Source of the DNA: Octopus bimaculoides
Taxonomy: Eukaryota
Length of the DNA stretch: 64,000 nt
Direction of reading: 5' to 3'
NCBI RefSeq assembly: GCF_001194135.2
Contig: NC_068981.1
Span: forward strand, 188,992,340 to 189,056,339
Shown here: piece by piece, positions 50,831 to 63,654 of the stretch
Layout of the letters: every line of letters begins with the position of its first letter
Position numbering within the stretch: the first letter of the stretch is position 1
Made by a program: the position numbers and the translations under genes
The notes under the pieces: generated by a model
The model's database searches: none
Seen by the model: the letters and a program-made list of their open reading frames with translations, nothing else
Told to the model about the DNA's origin: nothing

Positions 50831-52862
50831 CCTTTTCTGTATATTGTTTTGAAGAGAGGTGTGATATGAGGGAGATTTTGCTGCTACTTTTTAGCAGGTT
50901 GTGCAACCACATAATAGCTTCCATCAGTGTTTTGTCTGAATGCACAAACAACATATATCCTCCTCCCCCACCCCTACATATAAACGTGTGAAATCTTGAT
51001 TTTTTTATATACATGTATATGAACGTGTTTGTGTGAACATGACCATTATATACAAAAAGAACCCTTCATATTTCCAGTCCTCCAAGGAGGTGTCCAATGA
51101 TTAGTTATTTACAAACAATAGATACACATTCCTCGTTTTGTCATATTCTGTTCTCTAGGTTTTCTGAAGAGAAGCATGCCATGAAAGGGAGCCTAAACAT
51201 TACTTCAAAACCAAACATGGTGAGGAAAAACATCAATACATGTAAGTAATGTTCCATGGGAAGAATTGTTTGGAGGAAATGTTGCTTTCCTGTCAATCGA
51301 TTTATATTGACAGTCACTTCAGGATTGACAGCTTCTAAGTACCAACATGCACATACTCTTGTGTATATGCATGCATTCCAAATTTAATTCAGAGAACTTG
51401 AAAAAAAAAAAAATATTTTCAACAAATGCATTTTCTTTCTGCAGCACCTTTGCCTACAGGAACTGTCTGCATTTTTTCCTTCCACCTTGCAGAACATAAA
51501 ATGGCAATGAAAAGAAAGTAAGCCTTAGTTTTACAGATTTTTTCATAAATCTATTTAACTGTACAGCTAAATAATAGTTATTTCATGAAAATCAGAACTC
51601 TATTTGACAGTCTTCAATGGAACACTAGTGAATAGCAATACACGATAATGTTTGCAAATGTTCTCTTGATATATATATATATATATATATATAATGTTGG
51701 ATTTCATTGTAAAATAAATTTAAATATAAAATTCAATGAAATTTAAATTAAGAAAAATATGGAAAAGTAAGTTTGCAATTCAAATGGTTACTTATTTATT
51801 TTTTATTTTTGCAAGTTATGTGCATTTCAGGCATGTTGTGTTTGCATATTTTTATGGGGAAAGAATAAAACAAAGAAAAAGAAACCATTTCCTTTTTCAC
51901 ACAAGTTAGAAAATAAATCTACCCTAATATATTCTTCTTATTCAATAAACTGGAGAAAATTTTTAAGAATTATTATTATATTGGAAAATTTAACAAAACT
52001 ACCGATGATGATGATGACAGTAACGACAATGATAGCTATGATGATGGGGATGGTAATTGTTGTGATAATCATGGTGAATGAATAAATTTAGAGAGGAATT
52101 TACAAGAAAAATTTAGTAATGTTCATGATAAGAACAGAAACAAAAATGAATTCACAAGAATTTCATACTCCATTTTGGGGATAAAAAATCCTCATGCATT
52201 TAAAAAAAAATTTTTTTAAAACTTTTATTTACTTTTACATCACATTTTACCAGCTTTTGAGGAGATAATACCTTCATTATATTTTTATTCTGGTTATTAG
52301 CTTTGATACAATTGCATTATTTTTAGACTGTAAAGACTATTTTTCTCATCTTTTATAAGGAAGTTCATTGGATTGTGCCTCTGGCATGTAATATAAATTA
52401 ATCTACATGCATTTATATGTGTGGGTGAGAGAAAGAGAGAGAGAGGATATGTAAGTATATTTGCTGTTGATTATTTTAAACATTATTTAATCCTATAGAC
52501 TTATATATGTATACATTTATGTATGCGTGTGTGTGAGCACATGCATACACTACTTATATTTTCGTTATTTTTTTATTTGTTTACATTGACTTTGCTACAT
52601 ATAATGTAACACTGTTAATACTCTCTAGATATAAGCTATGTTTTGAGTTTTAAAATAAAATTATAGGATCCCAAAATAGTCTGCCATACTCCAAGAGAGC
52701 AACTTCCAAAACCCTACAGTCAGGGAGGCTGTCATTCTTAAATACAACATCCTAATGGTGAGAAAAGAAACATCTTTATATACAGCCACTTACCTTTAAT
52801 CACATGAACCTTTTTTAGGATTCTATGTCCACCAGTACATATAATAGATATTGTATATCTAC

Positions 52863-52944
52863 TAAAGACCTCTCTCTTTCTATTAAAGACCTCTCTCTTT
52901 CTATTAAAGACCTCTCTCTTTCTATTAAAGACCTCTCTCTTTCT
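52863..52944. repeat. 21-bp minisatellite, about 4 copies
   Basis: Unit TAAAGACCTCTCTCTTTCTAT. Confidence 0.95.
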
Positions 52945-54024
52945 CATCATTTTAAATTGCACATTTCCATGCTTGCATAGGTCACACAAAATTCATCGAC
53001 ACATATTTTCTATCATTACTCAAAACAATGTGAATAATTAAGCATTACATTTACAGAGTAATCTGTACGACAGAGGGTTAAGAAGGACTAGCAATTGTCC
53101 ATGCACAAAGATCTCCCCTCTCCATGCCACCATTGTTTATGGGGGTGGGGCAGCCAATTTGGGCTGATACAGTTCAGCACCTGTGTCATCACAGGTGTTG
53201 CTATCAGAACACAGAAATCCAAAACATGGCACAAATTATCTTGCCCAACCTTCTAACAATTTCACCAATCTATCACCTTGGATTGGTGCATTAAAAAAAA
53301 TTTTTTTAATCATTCCTCCTCCACAAAAAAAATGAATGGCAACGTTGACCTCAGTGGGATTTGAACTTATAGAATAAAGTGTTGGAACAAATAATCCAAT
53401 ACTCTAACAACTTGGCCAGTTTGCTTCCTTAAGGAAATAACTATGTCCTTCACACATTTATGTTGTGTGAGGACCCAGCATGTCAAAGAACAGATCCAAC
53501 ATTTTCTTTGCATGTCACAATAGGCAACTAAAAGAGGTTGAGGTAGGATTGTCACTCCAACCCCATAAAACCCTTACCAGCAACAACTATCCAAATAGAC
53601 CCATGGGTTGGAGGGTAGTTGCCTGAGTAGTGCAAAGATGCCATCTGCCAGGAGTAAGGAATCACCAAAAAATGGAGGATGCAGCAACACGCTACTACAG
53701 TGCATGCATCCATACTACTACTACTACTACTGCTGCTGCTTTTTCACACATTTGTTACACTGCATATTTTGAATGTTACATTCCTCTCACCCTGTATATG
53801 TGATTTTGGACTACAACCCCCGATTGACTTGATGTATATGCTTAGTTATCAACACCATATGACCTCTAGTATTTTATATCTACACCCTGGCTTTTCCCAA
53901 CGCAACAGCTTTTCTTATCTCTACAATGTGTAATAAATATTCCAATAGATCATCTTGAGATTGAATGTATCAAACTCTCTCTCTCCCTCAGTATTTATTC
54001 ATCAATCATTTGCCTACAAATTCA

Positions 54025-54410
54025 TCACCATCATTTAACATCTATTTTCCATGCTGGCATGGGTTAGAAGGTTTGACTCAAAACTGCTAAGCTGATTTGG
54101 CATGATTTCTACAGCTGGATGTCCTTCCTAACACCAACCACTCCAACAGTGTAGCAGGTGCTTTTTACATGCCACTGGCATGGGAGCCAGTTATGAAATA
54201 CCAGCATCGGTCACAGCTATGATCTCACTTGGCTTGGCAGGTCTTCTCAAGCACGGTATATTGCCAAAGGTCCCAGTCACTTGTCACTGCCCCTGCGAGG
54301 GCCGATGTTTGAATGGTACTTTTTATGTGCCACGGGCATGGTTGTTAGATATGTGACACTGGCATTGGCCATGATTATGATTTTACTTGGTTTCATGGGT
54401 CTTCTCTAGC
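54025..54410 (-). mobile_element. RTE-type 3' UTR/tail copy
   Basis: CATCACCATCATTTAACATCTATTTTCCATGCTGGCATGGGTT followed by internal units shared with other copies. Confidence 0.7.
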
Positions 54411-54769
54411 ACTATTTAGGTATTAACCATCTACATTGCTATAAACTAAAAAACCTGATGCAGCATTTCTCCAACACATTAACTGTTTCCAATTTTAATT
54501 AAATGGGACTTTGATGTGTTGACCCATTTAGAACCATTGTTTTGATTTTTTTAAATAATGTTCAACAATGTTTGCAGCTCCTCGTTATGAGTACAGTCTT
54601 GATTAATTATAGTTATCATGCTCACCACACTAAGTGTGTTAGTGACTAATTTACTTTAGTGATTAATTATGAATCACAGAAATCACTCATTTTTGTCATA
54701 AAAATTGAATATGTTCTTTTGAGCTTCTTGAATGAAAAAAAAAAAATCAATCTGAAGTCAACCTGCCTC

Positions 54770-55178
54770 TCTTACTCTTTTACTTGTTTCAGTCATTTGA
54801 CTGTGGCCATGCTGGAGCACCACCTTTAGTCGAGCAAATCGACCCCAGGACTTATTCTTTGTAAGCCTAGTACTTATTCTTTCGGTCTCTTTTGCCGAAC
54901 GGCTAAGTTATGGAGATGTAAACACACCAGCATCGGTTGTCAAACGATGTTAGAGGGACAAACACAGACACAAACAACAAACACACACATACATATATAT
55001 ATATATACATATATACGACAGGCTTCTTTCAGTTTCCGTCTACCAAATCCACTCACAAGGCTTTGGTCAGCCCGAGGCTATAGTAGAAGACACTTGCCCA
55101 AGGTGCCACGCAGTGGGACTGAACCCAGAACCATGTGGTTGGTAAGCAAGTTACTTACCATACAGCTACTCCTACGCC
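54770..55178 (-). mobile_element. SINE family 1, full length and little diverged
   Basis: Complete reverse-complement copy from the GGCGTAGGAGTAGCTGTATGG head to the AAGTAAAAGAGTAAGA tail. Confidence 0.85.
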
Positions 55179-55720
55179 TATATCTGTAATTATATTGATT
55201 ATACATATTGTAGAATTTTTTCATATGAGTTGAAAATCTTAGATTATCTGAGATTATCCTTTTAATTAGAAGACAAAATCTCCCTCTTAGACAGTTTTAA
55301 AAAAATCTAAAAGCTAGGGAGACAACTCCAACATATCAGCTAATGAAAGTTTTTGGAAAAGACAATTAGAAGTGAATCTTGTGGGTTAATAATCTTAATA
55401 TATCTTGGTTTTGTATTCAATCTTTAAGGTATTTTCTAAACTGTCAAACACATGGCATAGTGTAGAATATTAAACAGAATATTCTCCATTTAATGTTCAA
55501 CACGATAAAGGAAAGAATGTCTTTAATCTCTTGTTGTCATGTTATACTACATTGTGTATATAAATACATTCATATGTCAGGTCAGTTTGGGTGAGAAGAC
55601 ATGTAAGTTAGGTGTAAGTTGAGGGAGATTTGGCAACTATTTCTAGCAGGTTGAGTGACCACATAGAAGCGCTAGCATTGACTTGACCTTCATGTACATA
55701 GGTAGATGTGGTATTTATTG

Positions 55721-56012
55721 AAGGCACATGGCTTAGTGATTAAAGTATCCGTTTTATGATCATAAGGTTATGAGTTTGATTCCTGGCAATGCATTGTGTT
55801 CTTGAGCAAGACACTTTATTTCATGTTGCTCCAGTCCACTCAGATGGAAAAAATGCGTTGTACTTGATTGAAATCCAAAGGACCAGCTGAACCTGCCAGA
55901 GAACTATATTAAGGTTATATGTGTCTGTGAAGAGCTCAGCCACCTCCATGTTAATTTCATGAACAGACTGTTCCACTGAGTGGATAAACTGAAATACTTA
56001 TCATAACCAATG
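55721..56012 (+). mobile_element. SINE family 2 variant, diverged
   Basis: GGCACATGGCTTAGTGATT head, CTTGAGCAAGACACTTTATTTCA.GTTGCTCCAGTCCACTCAG body and the shared 3' block. Confidence 0.7.
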
Positions 56013-56631
56013 GAGAGCCAGATTTTTTTATATATATCTTCATGTTAGTGCTTACAATAGCTTTGGAAGGGAGTTACTAAAGTCATAGACATACTGTGTA
56101 CAGATATCTACAAGATTTTGGTTACTGCAATCCTCTACAAAGTCTCACAAACACCACTTGTCTCATTCCATACATTATTCTGTTCAATGTGAATTATTTG
56201 GACTGTAGTAGCTATCTTGGTTTATCGTAAACCTTTCCATCCTTTTTTTGAACAATTCTCTCAATAAACATTAAATTTCCATTTCTCCTTTACAAAATCT
56301 CTTTCATATAACTTCAGAACCCCTGGGGCCTGCCTATCTACATTGTTTGTCTTCTCATGTAAATCATTGATAGACATATGTGTCTTGTACATATGTTATT
56401 TTTGATTATCTATCAAATTTAATTTGGGCCTTTTGAGAATAGTTGCAGTTTTGGGATTGGATTGCTTACACAATCTTATCAAGTTTACAGGCCACTGTAT
56501 AGCATTATTCAAATAAAAGTGTGCATTCTTATATAAAGTCTTGGTGTATAATAAATATGTAAGCACTGCTAGGGCTAGGTATTTTCAGTGTAAAAGTTTC
56601 CGTTTATATGAATGGTTAATCCTTCAAAATT

Positions 56632-56671
<40 letters not shown>

Positions 56672-57127
56672 NNNNNNNNNNNNNNNNNNNNNNNNNNNNN
56701 NNNNNNNNNNNNNNNNNNNNNNNNNNNNNNNNNNNNNNNNNNNNNNNNNNNNNNNNNNNNNNNNNNNNNNNATATATATATATATACATATATATATTTG
56801 TGTGCGTGTGTGTGTGTGTGTTCACACACATGTACACAAACTATAATTTGTTGGATATAGTTTGTTGTACAATAAACATAGATTATATAATATCAAATAT
56901 TGTTCTCTGACTCCTCTTTGACTGCACTGTTTTCAATGAAAACCACCATGTTTCATTTTAGGATTGTCCTATATTGAATGAGCTGCAGATTATTTTAAGT
57001 TTCTGTACTGAAATAACTAATTTGACTGCATTAGATTCAAACTACATAAATCATCTACAATATTGTAACAGTGTTCCTACTGTCATTTGTTTTAAAGCCT
57101 TTTATATCATGTAATCCTTTTTATTAT

Positions 57128-57303
57128 AAGTACAAGGCCTGAAGTTTTGGGGGAGAGGAGTAGTCAATTACATCGACCCCAGGTGGGAGAGAAGAGCCAT
57201 GCAAGGAACGTGAAAGGTAAAGACGATCTCAGCAGGATTTGAACTCAGAATGTAGCGCTAAGCATCTCATCCAGCATGCTAACGATTCTACCAGCTCGCC
57301 ACC
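57128..57303 (-). mobile_element. SINE family 3, diverged
   Basis: Reverse of the GGCGAGCTGGTAGAATCGTTAGCATGC head with a GAGTTCAAATCC B-box. Confidence 0.7.
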
Positions 57304-58741
57304 TTCCTTCTATATCATATAATGTTGAATTAACAAGTGCACTGTGACAGAAAGGCTAAGAAGTCTGCTCTGCAACCATGAGGTCCTTGGTCAGATAACA
57401 GTATTATAGCATCTTGGGCAAATGTCATTCTCAATAGTATTGGAACAATTCATACCTTGTGAGCAAAATTTGGTAGACATAAACTATATAATACTTGTTG
57501 GGAGGTATTGTACCTATAATACAAAAAGGTACTGCTTTGTCATGCACTGTATCATGTTGATTCTATCTAAGTATTACATTAACAGTACACTCGTCAGTAG
57601 AATGCTCTTCAACCACTTGCATATTAATTCAGAAGCAGGTAAGTCAATTGATCAATAACTGAATCCTTTTTGTCAAACTATGGAGATCCACCAGTGTTCT
57701 ACAGGTGTTTATCTTTCTCCTTGAGATGGTCCTACCTTATAATAACACAAAGTCTATTTATATTTTATCACTAGGGAAAAGACGAAATTTGCAATTTTCA
57801 AATTATAATTGGTTCAGAATAGAAACAGCAGATCTTAACAGCTAGATATCATTAAATCAAGGAGAATGTACATTTCATGCACTATTGAAATAGATATAGT
57901 AAATTACATGACCTCATATCCCTAACTGGTTATTTATGACAAGTCAAACAATTATATTTGAAAATAACACATATTAGCAAAACTGATTTTTAGGCATTTT
58001 AACCCTTTGAACCTGCTTGCTAATTGGCAGAAACAGTTATTTTCAACCATAAACACAGAACCACGTGGCCACCTATTTTGGGCTTTTCAGAGATATAATC
58101 AAATGAAATAACGCCCTCTAAAGTATATACAGAGGTTCAAAGGGTTAAGCAGAAAGGCAGCAATAATGAAATATAAAAGCTATAAAGTAGGTGTTACTTA
58201 ATAGATGATGGCCTCCTGGCTTCAGAAGAAGAGGAAAATCAGGGTTGTAATGTTTGTATATTTTCTAAGAATAATTTTGGTGTTCAAGTAAATAATTAAA
58301 TAATTTGTTGGAAGAACGGTCGTGTTTACTAAGTATGCTTTGGAACAACAAAGGCTTGAGTTCTCTCCCACTGTGTGGTACCTTGGACAAGTGTCTCGGG
58401 TCAACCAATATATTGCTAGCAAAATGTCATAAACAGCAACTGGCTATAAGCCTATGGATATGATTGTTTGTTGAGCGGCAAACAATTACATGCATCAAAA
58501 ATACATAGCAGTGTGCAGTTTTATGAGGTGTTATCTCTCTTTATGTCTGGTTGACTTTGCCTTTTAAATCCTTCCTAGGTAAACAAAATAAATCTGAGAT
58601 AAAGCATTAAGATTGATAGAGTCAACAAAACCTTTGCAGGTGGTGCCCCAGTATGGCTTTAGTCTAATGGTTAAAATTAGGAAAAAGGAAAGTAAAAATA
58701 AATTAAAACTAGAAGTTTATACAAAACTATGCAGATAAATG

Positions 58742-58985
58742 TGGAGGCACGTGGCTTAGTGGTTAGGGTATCAGCATCATGATTGTAAGATTGTGGTTTC
58801 GATTCCTGGACCAGGCGACGTGTTGTGTTCTTGAGCAAAACACTTCATTTCACGTTGCTCCAGTCCACTGAGCTGGCAAAAATGAGTAACACTGCGATGG
58901 ACTGGCGTCCCATCCAGCTGGAGAACACATATTCCATTGAAACCGGGAAACTGGGCCCATGAGCCTGGCTAGGGTTTAAAAGGGT
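58742..58985 (+). mobile_element. SINE family 2 variant with an alternative 3' end
   Basis: GGAGGCACGTGGCTTAGTGGTTAGGG head, GGTTTCGATTCC B-box, body shared with 13037-13170 and 21905-22218. Confidence 0.8.
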
Positions 58986-61021
58986 ACATTTATTTTTTAT
59001 TTTATGCAGATAAATGACTAGAAGCCTACCTATATCCTAACCTTAAGTACTTGCCAGATGGAGTAAATTGCCCTCCTCTCTCTCTCCTTATTTTCTTAGA
59101 GTAAATTACAAAGAAAGTATTCAGGGTTGCCACCTATTTGGAAATCAAATCGTATCTGCCACATTTCAAAGCAGTGAGCATTAAAAAGTTATTTATAAAT
59201 AATTATGCAGAAAGGAAAAGTCATTTTTAGTCAAGTAGGTACAGGAGACAACAAAGAACATATTTTGGTGTTATTGATCTCTTCATTAAATCATAGCATT
59301 CACTGTACTAGTCAAAAAGTTGAGGAGAGAATGTCCAAGTAAATATAAAATATTGACCATGTATACGTGAGAAAATGTCTAAGTTATATACAATATCATT
59401 TATGATTAAGTGTGAAAATTAATTTTTGTAGAGAATATATTATTGAGAGAAATTACTCATATCTATTCTGTTAGGGGAGAAACAAAACAAACATATTTCT
59501 ATCATAGTAACAGTTGCTGGCCATATCCTTTTAAATCATGATATTAATTCTTAAATCTTGACATTTAGGCTAACAGAACAGCCCCAGCAGGGACATATAT
59601 TTTTGTCATGGAAACTGTTGCTGGTCATATCATTCTAAATCAGGATATTAATAACAGAGTGTAGGACAGAAGAACAGCCTCGGAAAGGATGTTAATAACT
59701 CAAAGCTCATTTTATGAGCTGTTATTAAAATGAAATATCTAAACTGATTTTATGCTGTAGCAGTACTATGTATGTTAATCTTAACTTAACTATTAATTAA
59801 ATGTTTTGCTTCTGAACAATCATAACTATCTAAATTCTAAATAACTGATTATTCCTTTCCTGTGCAGGTTTGCTTGTTAAATTATTTTGATGCATTCCTC
59901 TGAGTAATATACTCTACTGAATACTAAGTATGTCAGAATCTACACATTAATAAAAGCAGTTACAGAAGTTTGGTAAAGTTAAAGTGAATTTGATGGTAAA
60001 TCAATAAGTACATGCACTGTTTAAGTTAACTACTAAAAAGCTCTCTTCCTTCACATGAAGAAAAGACAACAATCAGATACTTAATCATTAATTAATGCAC
60101 ACACATAGACTGTTTGTAAACAGGGTGACAACAATATGCTTCATAAACATATATTAAACTTCTCTATCAAAACAGACCCCATGATCAAACAGGGTGAGGT
60201 GTGAATCAACTAGTTTCAGCTGTCATTAAAGCTGCTGAGAATAATAATACTGCATATCTGAAATGTAAATAAGATCATAGTGAAGTTGATTGCATTTACA
60301 TAGCAGTGCAATGCTATCCATGTATTTTAATTAAGTGAGGCACTGAGAGAATGTTGCTACAAATTTAATATCAACATGCTGTCATGGTCCCCTGTTAGTT
60401 AATAGACATAGCAAACTCAACACTGCTACATAATTGTAGTCAGGTCTTTTATGTTGCTGTTTATACATTTACAATAAATAGTATCAGTACTCTCTGCAAC
60501 AGTTTGCAGCAAGGAAGTGATTTGATTCCTTGGTGAGACTTGAATGAAAACCCAAACTAGCCAAGTTCATTTCCATTCACAGCTGCTGAAAGCCCCATGG
60601 TTTTCAGGCATGCCACATTAGGCACAGCTGGGGCTGTGTGGTAGGGAAGTCATCTTGGGTTCAGTCCCACTGCATAGCAATTTGGTTAAGTGTCTTCTAT
60701 TATAGCCTCAGGCCAACTAAAGCTTTGTAATGGATTTGGTAGAGAGAGAGAAACTGAAAGAAGCCCAATATATATGCATGTGTGCGCATACCCTGTTTGG
60801 ACATCATGATGGTTATAAATGATCATTATCATCATACAAGCAAGGTTGTTCATTTCCAGTTTACTGTGAAAAGCATGTCTAGTTATGAAGCAATGGGGAA
60901 ATATTACTTTGCTTGGAAAGAGATAAGGGTGAGCAACTGGAAGGGCATCTAGCCACATAAAAATCTGCTTCAAATTCCAAATAACCCATGCAAGCATGGA
61001 AAAATGGATGATAAATGATGG

Positions 61022-61092
<71 letters not shown>

Positions 61093-62104
61093 ATATATAT
61101 ATGTATAGAGCAGGGGTCCCCAAACAACAGCCCGCAGGTCAGTCCGGCCCACGAGGTCAGTTCATCTGGTTCACTGCTACACAACCTTTAGTGAGTACCT
61201 GCACTGAGAGTTCATTCCTGTAGCAACTGTGTTTTAACAAGATTGACTTATGAACATTTGGAAGCATTTCTCTTGTTTGGATGCAGCAACTCCAAAGCAA
61301 ATATTGAAATCTTAAAAGCTAAACACCAGTTTTACAAATCTCACTAATCTTTTTTGCTGCTTAGTTTATGAGATTTGGATATGTGCACACTGGGTGGGAT
61401 ACAACTGTATTATTGCTAACATTGCCTTTTTTGATAATCTTTTGATGAGGAGCCTGGTGTAGCCATCTGGTTTCACCAGTCCTCAGTCAAATCGTCCAAC
61501 CCATGCTAGCATGGAAAGCGGACGTTAAACGATGATGATGATGATGATGATGATGAAATATATTGGTTGTCTTTATTTTTTGTGTATTCACTGTACTGTA
61601 ATTGAACAAAATGATTATGTGGCCTATGCTCGTCATTTTCTCAGTTATCTGGCCCACAGTGAAAAAAAGTTTGGTAATTTCTGGTATAGAGTGTTTTAAG
61701 TGGTGAACAGATATTGTATATTGAGAAAAAGGAGGCAGTCAGAATTCTGATTAACCCTTTATTACTGCTTTCGTTTGTTTGTGAACTCATAAACAAATTC
61801 ATAAATGAACGGAAGCATTTATAAATGATTATCCAAAATTCTGACTGCATCCTTTTTCTGAATATATATATATATATAATAGAGTTATTAATATTTCTAA
61901 GTCTCTCTAAAGGAGACTACGGCAGCGGTACTGGAAATTAATAGTTATCGCCAAGCCAACATGGCAGTCCCAAAATTAGGACGAAAGCTGCCGTGAATTA
62001 GCTCCAAGAAGCCATCGCCTCTAGCTAGCTATGTGACACACGAAACCTGTGTCCTTTATAACCTTCGAACAGGGGAGGTCAGCAGTGTCCCCCTGCTGGT
62101 TTGG

Positions 62105-62147
62105 CATCTGCAGACTAGTTTCAGGGTGTTGCCCCTTGTCAATGCAG

Positions 62148-62150
<3 letters not shown>
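62105..62150 (-). ncRNA. Degenerate minimal type-I hammerhead motif (family E)
   Basis: Minus strand: CAC CTGCA TTGACAA GGGG-CAACA-CCCT GAA ACTAGT C^ TGCAG ATG. Helices intact, palindromic helix III ACUAGU. Core differs from CTGACGA by two transitions. Confidence 0.55.
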
Positions 62151-62242
<92 letters not shown>

Positions 62243-62782
62243 TACATACATATACAATAAGCATGTCTGGAATTGCAGTAACAAATTTAATCTTTAATAA
62301 TTAAAAACACGTAAGGTAAATATTAATTATTTTTTATATTTACAAACACACTACTTTATCAATGATTAACAAACATTTTTTTCAGTGGACAGATTTTTCT
62401 TTCAAATCAGCATATTAACTTCACCTGCATCTTCCGATAATATCTAATAAAATTGATTAAGTCAAATGAAGAAAATAACAAAAACAAAATCAACGTATCT
62501 GAAAGACAGAAATGTATGCTATTAAAAAAATTGTGAAATGTTTGTTTTTAAAATTGTTTTTAATTTTATAATTTTCTTTTATAAATTTAGTTTGTGAATG
62601 GAAAGATGAAATATATATAAAAACTTAAACTAAACAAATATTATATTTCTGATACAGATGTAGTTTTGATAAAGGTGAAATAAGCATTATTTTTTTACGA
62701 ATTTCAGTTTCCTCTCAGTTTATATTATAAAATATTTATGTGCATGCATGGAGGAAGCATTTTTTTGTGTGTATGCATGCAT

Positions 62783-62985
62783 ACTTGATGATGGCCGTCC
62801 ACTGGTGACCGAGGAAAACCATTACTGACCTTTCAGAACATTGTGCGCTCAAGACTACCTTATACTATACACTTACGGCTCCGTGGGTGACTAACAAGCC
62901 CTGCTCTTGACAAACATAAATAACTGCAAACATTGCAGACTAAGCTTTCCCCATTTGTTACACTAGCTGTGCATTTTCAAGCAGC
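62783..62985 (-). mobile_element. RTE-clade LINE extreme 3' end
   Basis: Minus strand encodes GESLVCNVCSYLCLSRAGLVSHPRSRK (terminal zinc finger), then a short UTR ending GGACGGCCATCATCA. Confidence 0.7.
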
Positions 62986-63011
62986 ACGCTTAAATTCTTC
63001 ATGCATACGTA

Positions 63012-63150
63012 CATCATCATCATCATCGTTTAACGTCCGCTTTCCATGCTAGCATGGGTTGGACGATTTGACTGAGGACTGGTGAAACCGGATGGCAACA
63101 CCAGGCTCCAGTCTGATTTGGGTGAGTTTCTACAGCTGGATGCCCTTCCT
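63012..63150 (-). mobile_element. Young RTE-type tail copy
   Basis: (CAT)n CGTTTAACGTCCGCTTTCCATGCTAGCATGGGTTGGACG; near-identical inverted partner at 61456-61555. Confidence 0.8.
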
Positions 63151-63171
63151 AACGCCATATGTGTATATATA

Positions 63172-63202
<31 letters not shown>

Positions 63203-63654
63203 TGCATATGCACACACTAACTTGCTCTCCTTTCTCTTCCAACGAGAGTATTCATGTATCTACTCTACAGCAAGACACCTATCCTTGTCCCTCTATACTT
63301 TTAAGCTCTCAGTTGACAGACACACACCCACTTCATTACTACTCCCCACCTTGCAGCGAAGGAGTTTTGTCTTGCAAGTTGTTTGGTGACCCTGTTGGTG
63401 CTGGCGTCATGTAAAAAGCACCTACTACACTTTGTAAAGGGGTTGGCATTAAGAAGGGCATGCAGTTTCAGAAACCATGCCAAAACAGACTATGGAACTT
63501 GGTGTGGTTCTTGGCCTTACTAGCTCTAGTCAAACTGTCCAACCCAAGCCAGCATGGAAAACAGACATCAAACGATGATGATAATGATGATATATATAAC
63601 AAAATGCTAAATAATCACCAGATACAAAACCCAATGTTTCTGCTAAATACACTA

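Noticed and set aside
60205-60240. Minus-strand AGCT-loop-AGCT GAAACTAGTT resembling hammerhead helices II and III
   Set aside because: No CUGANGA core and no helix I.
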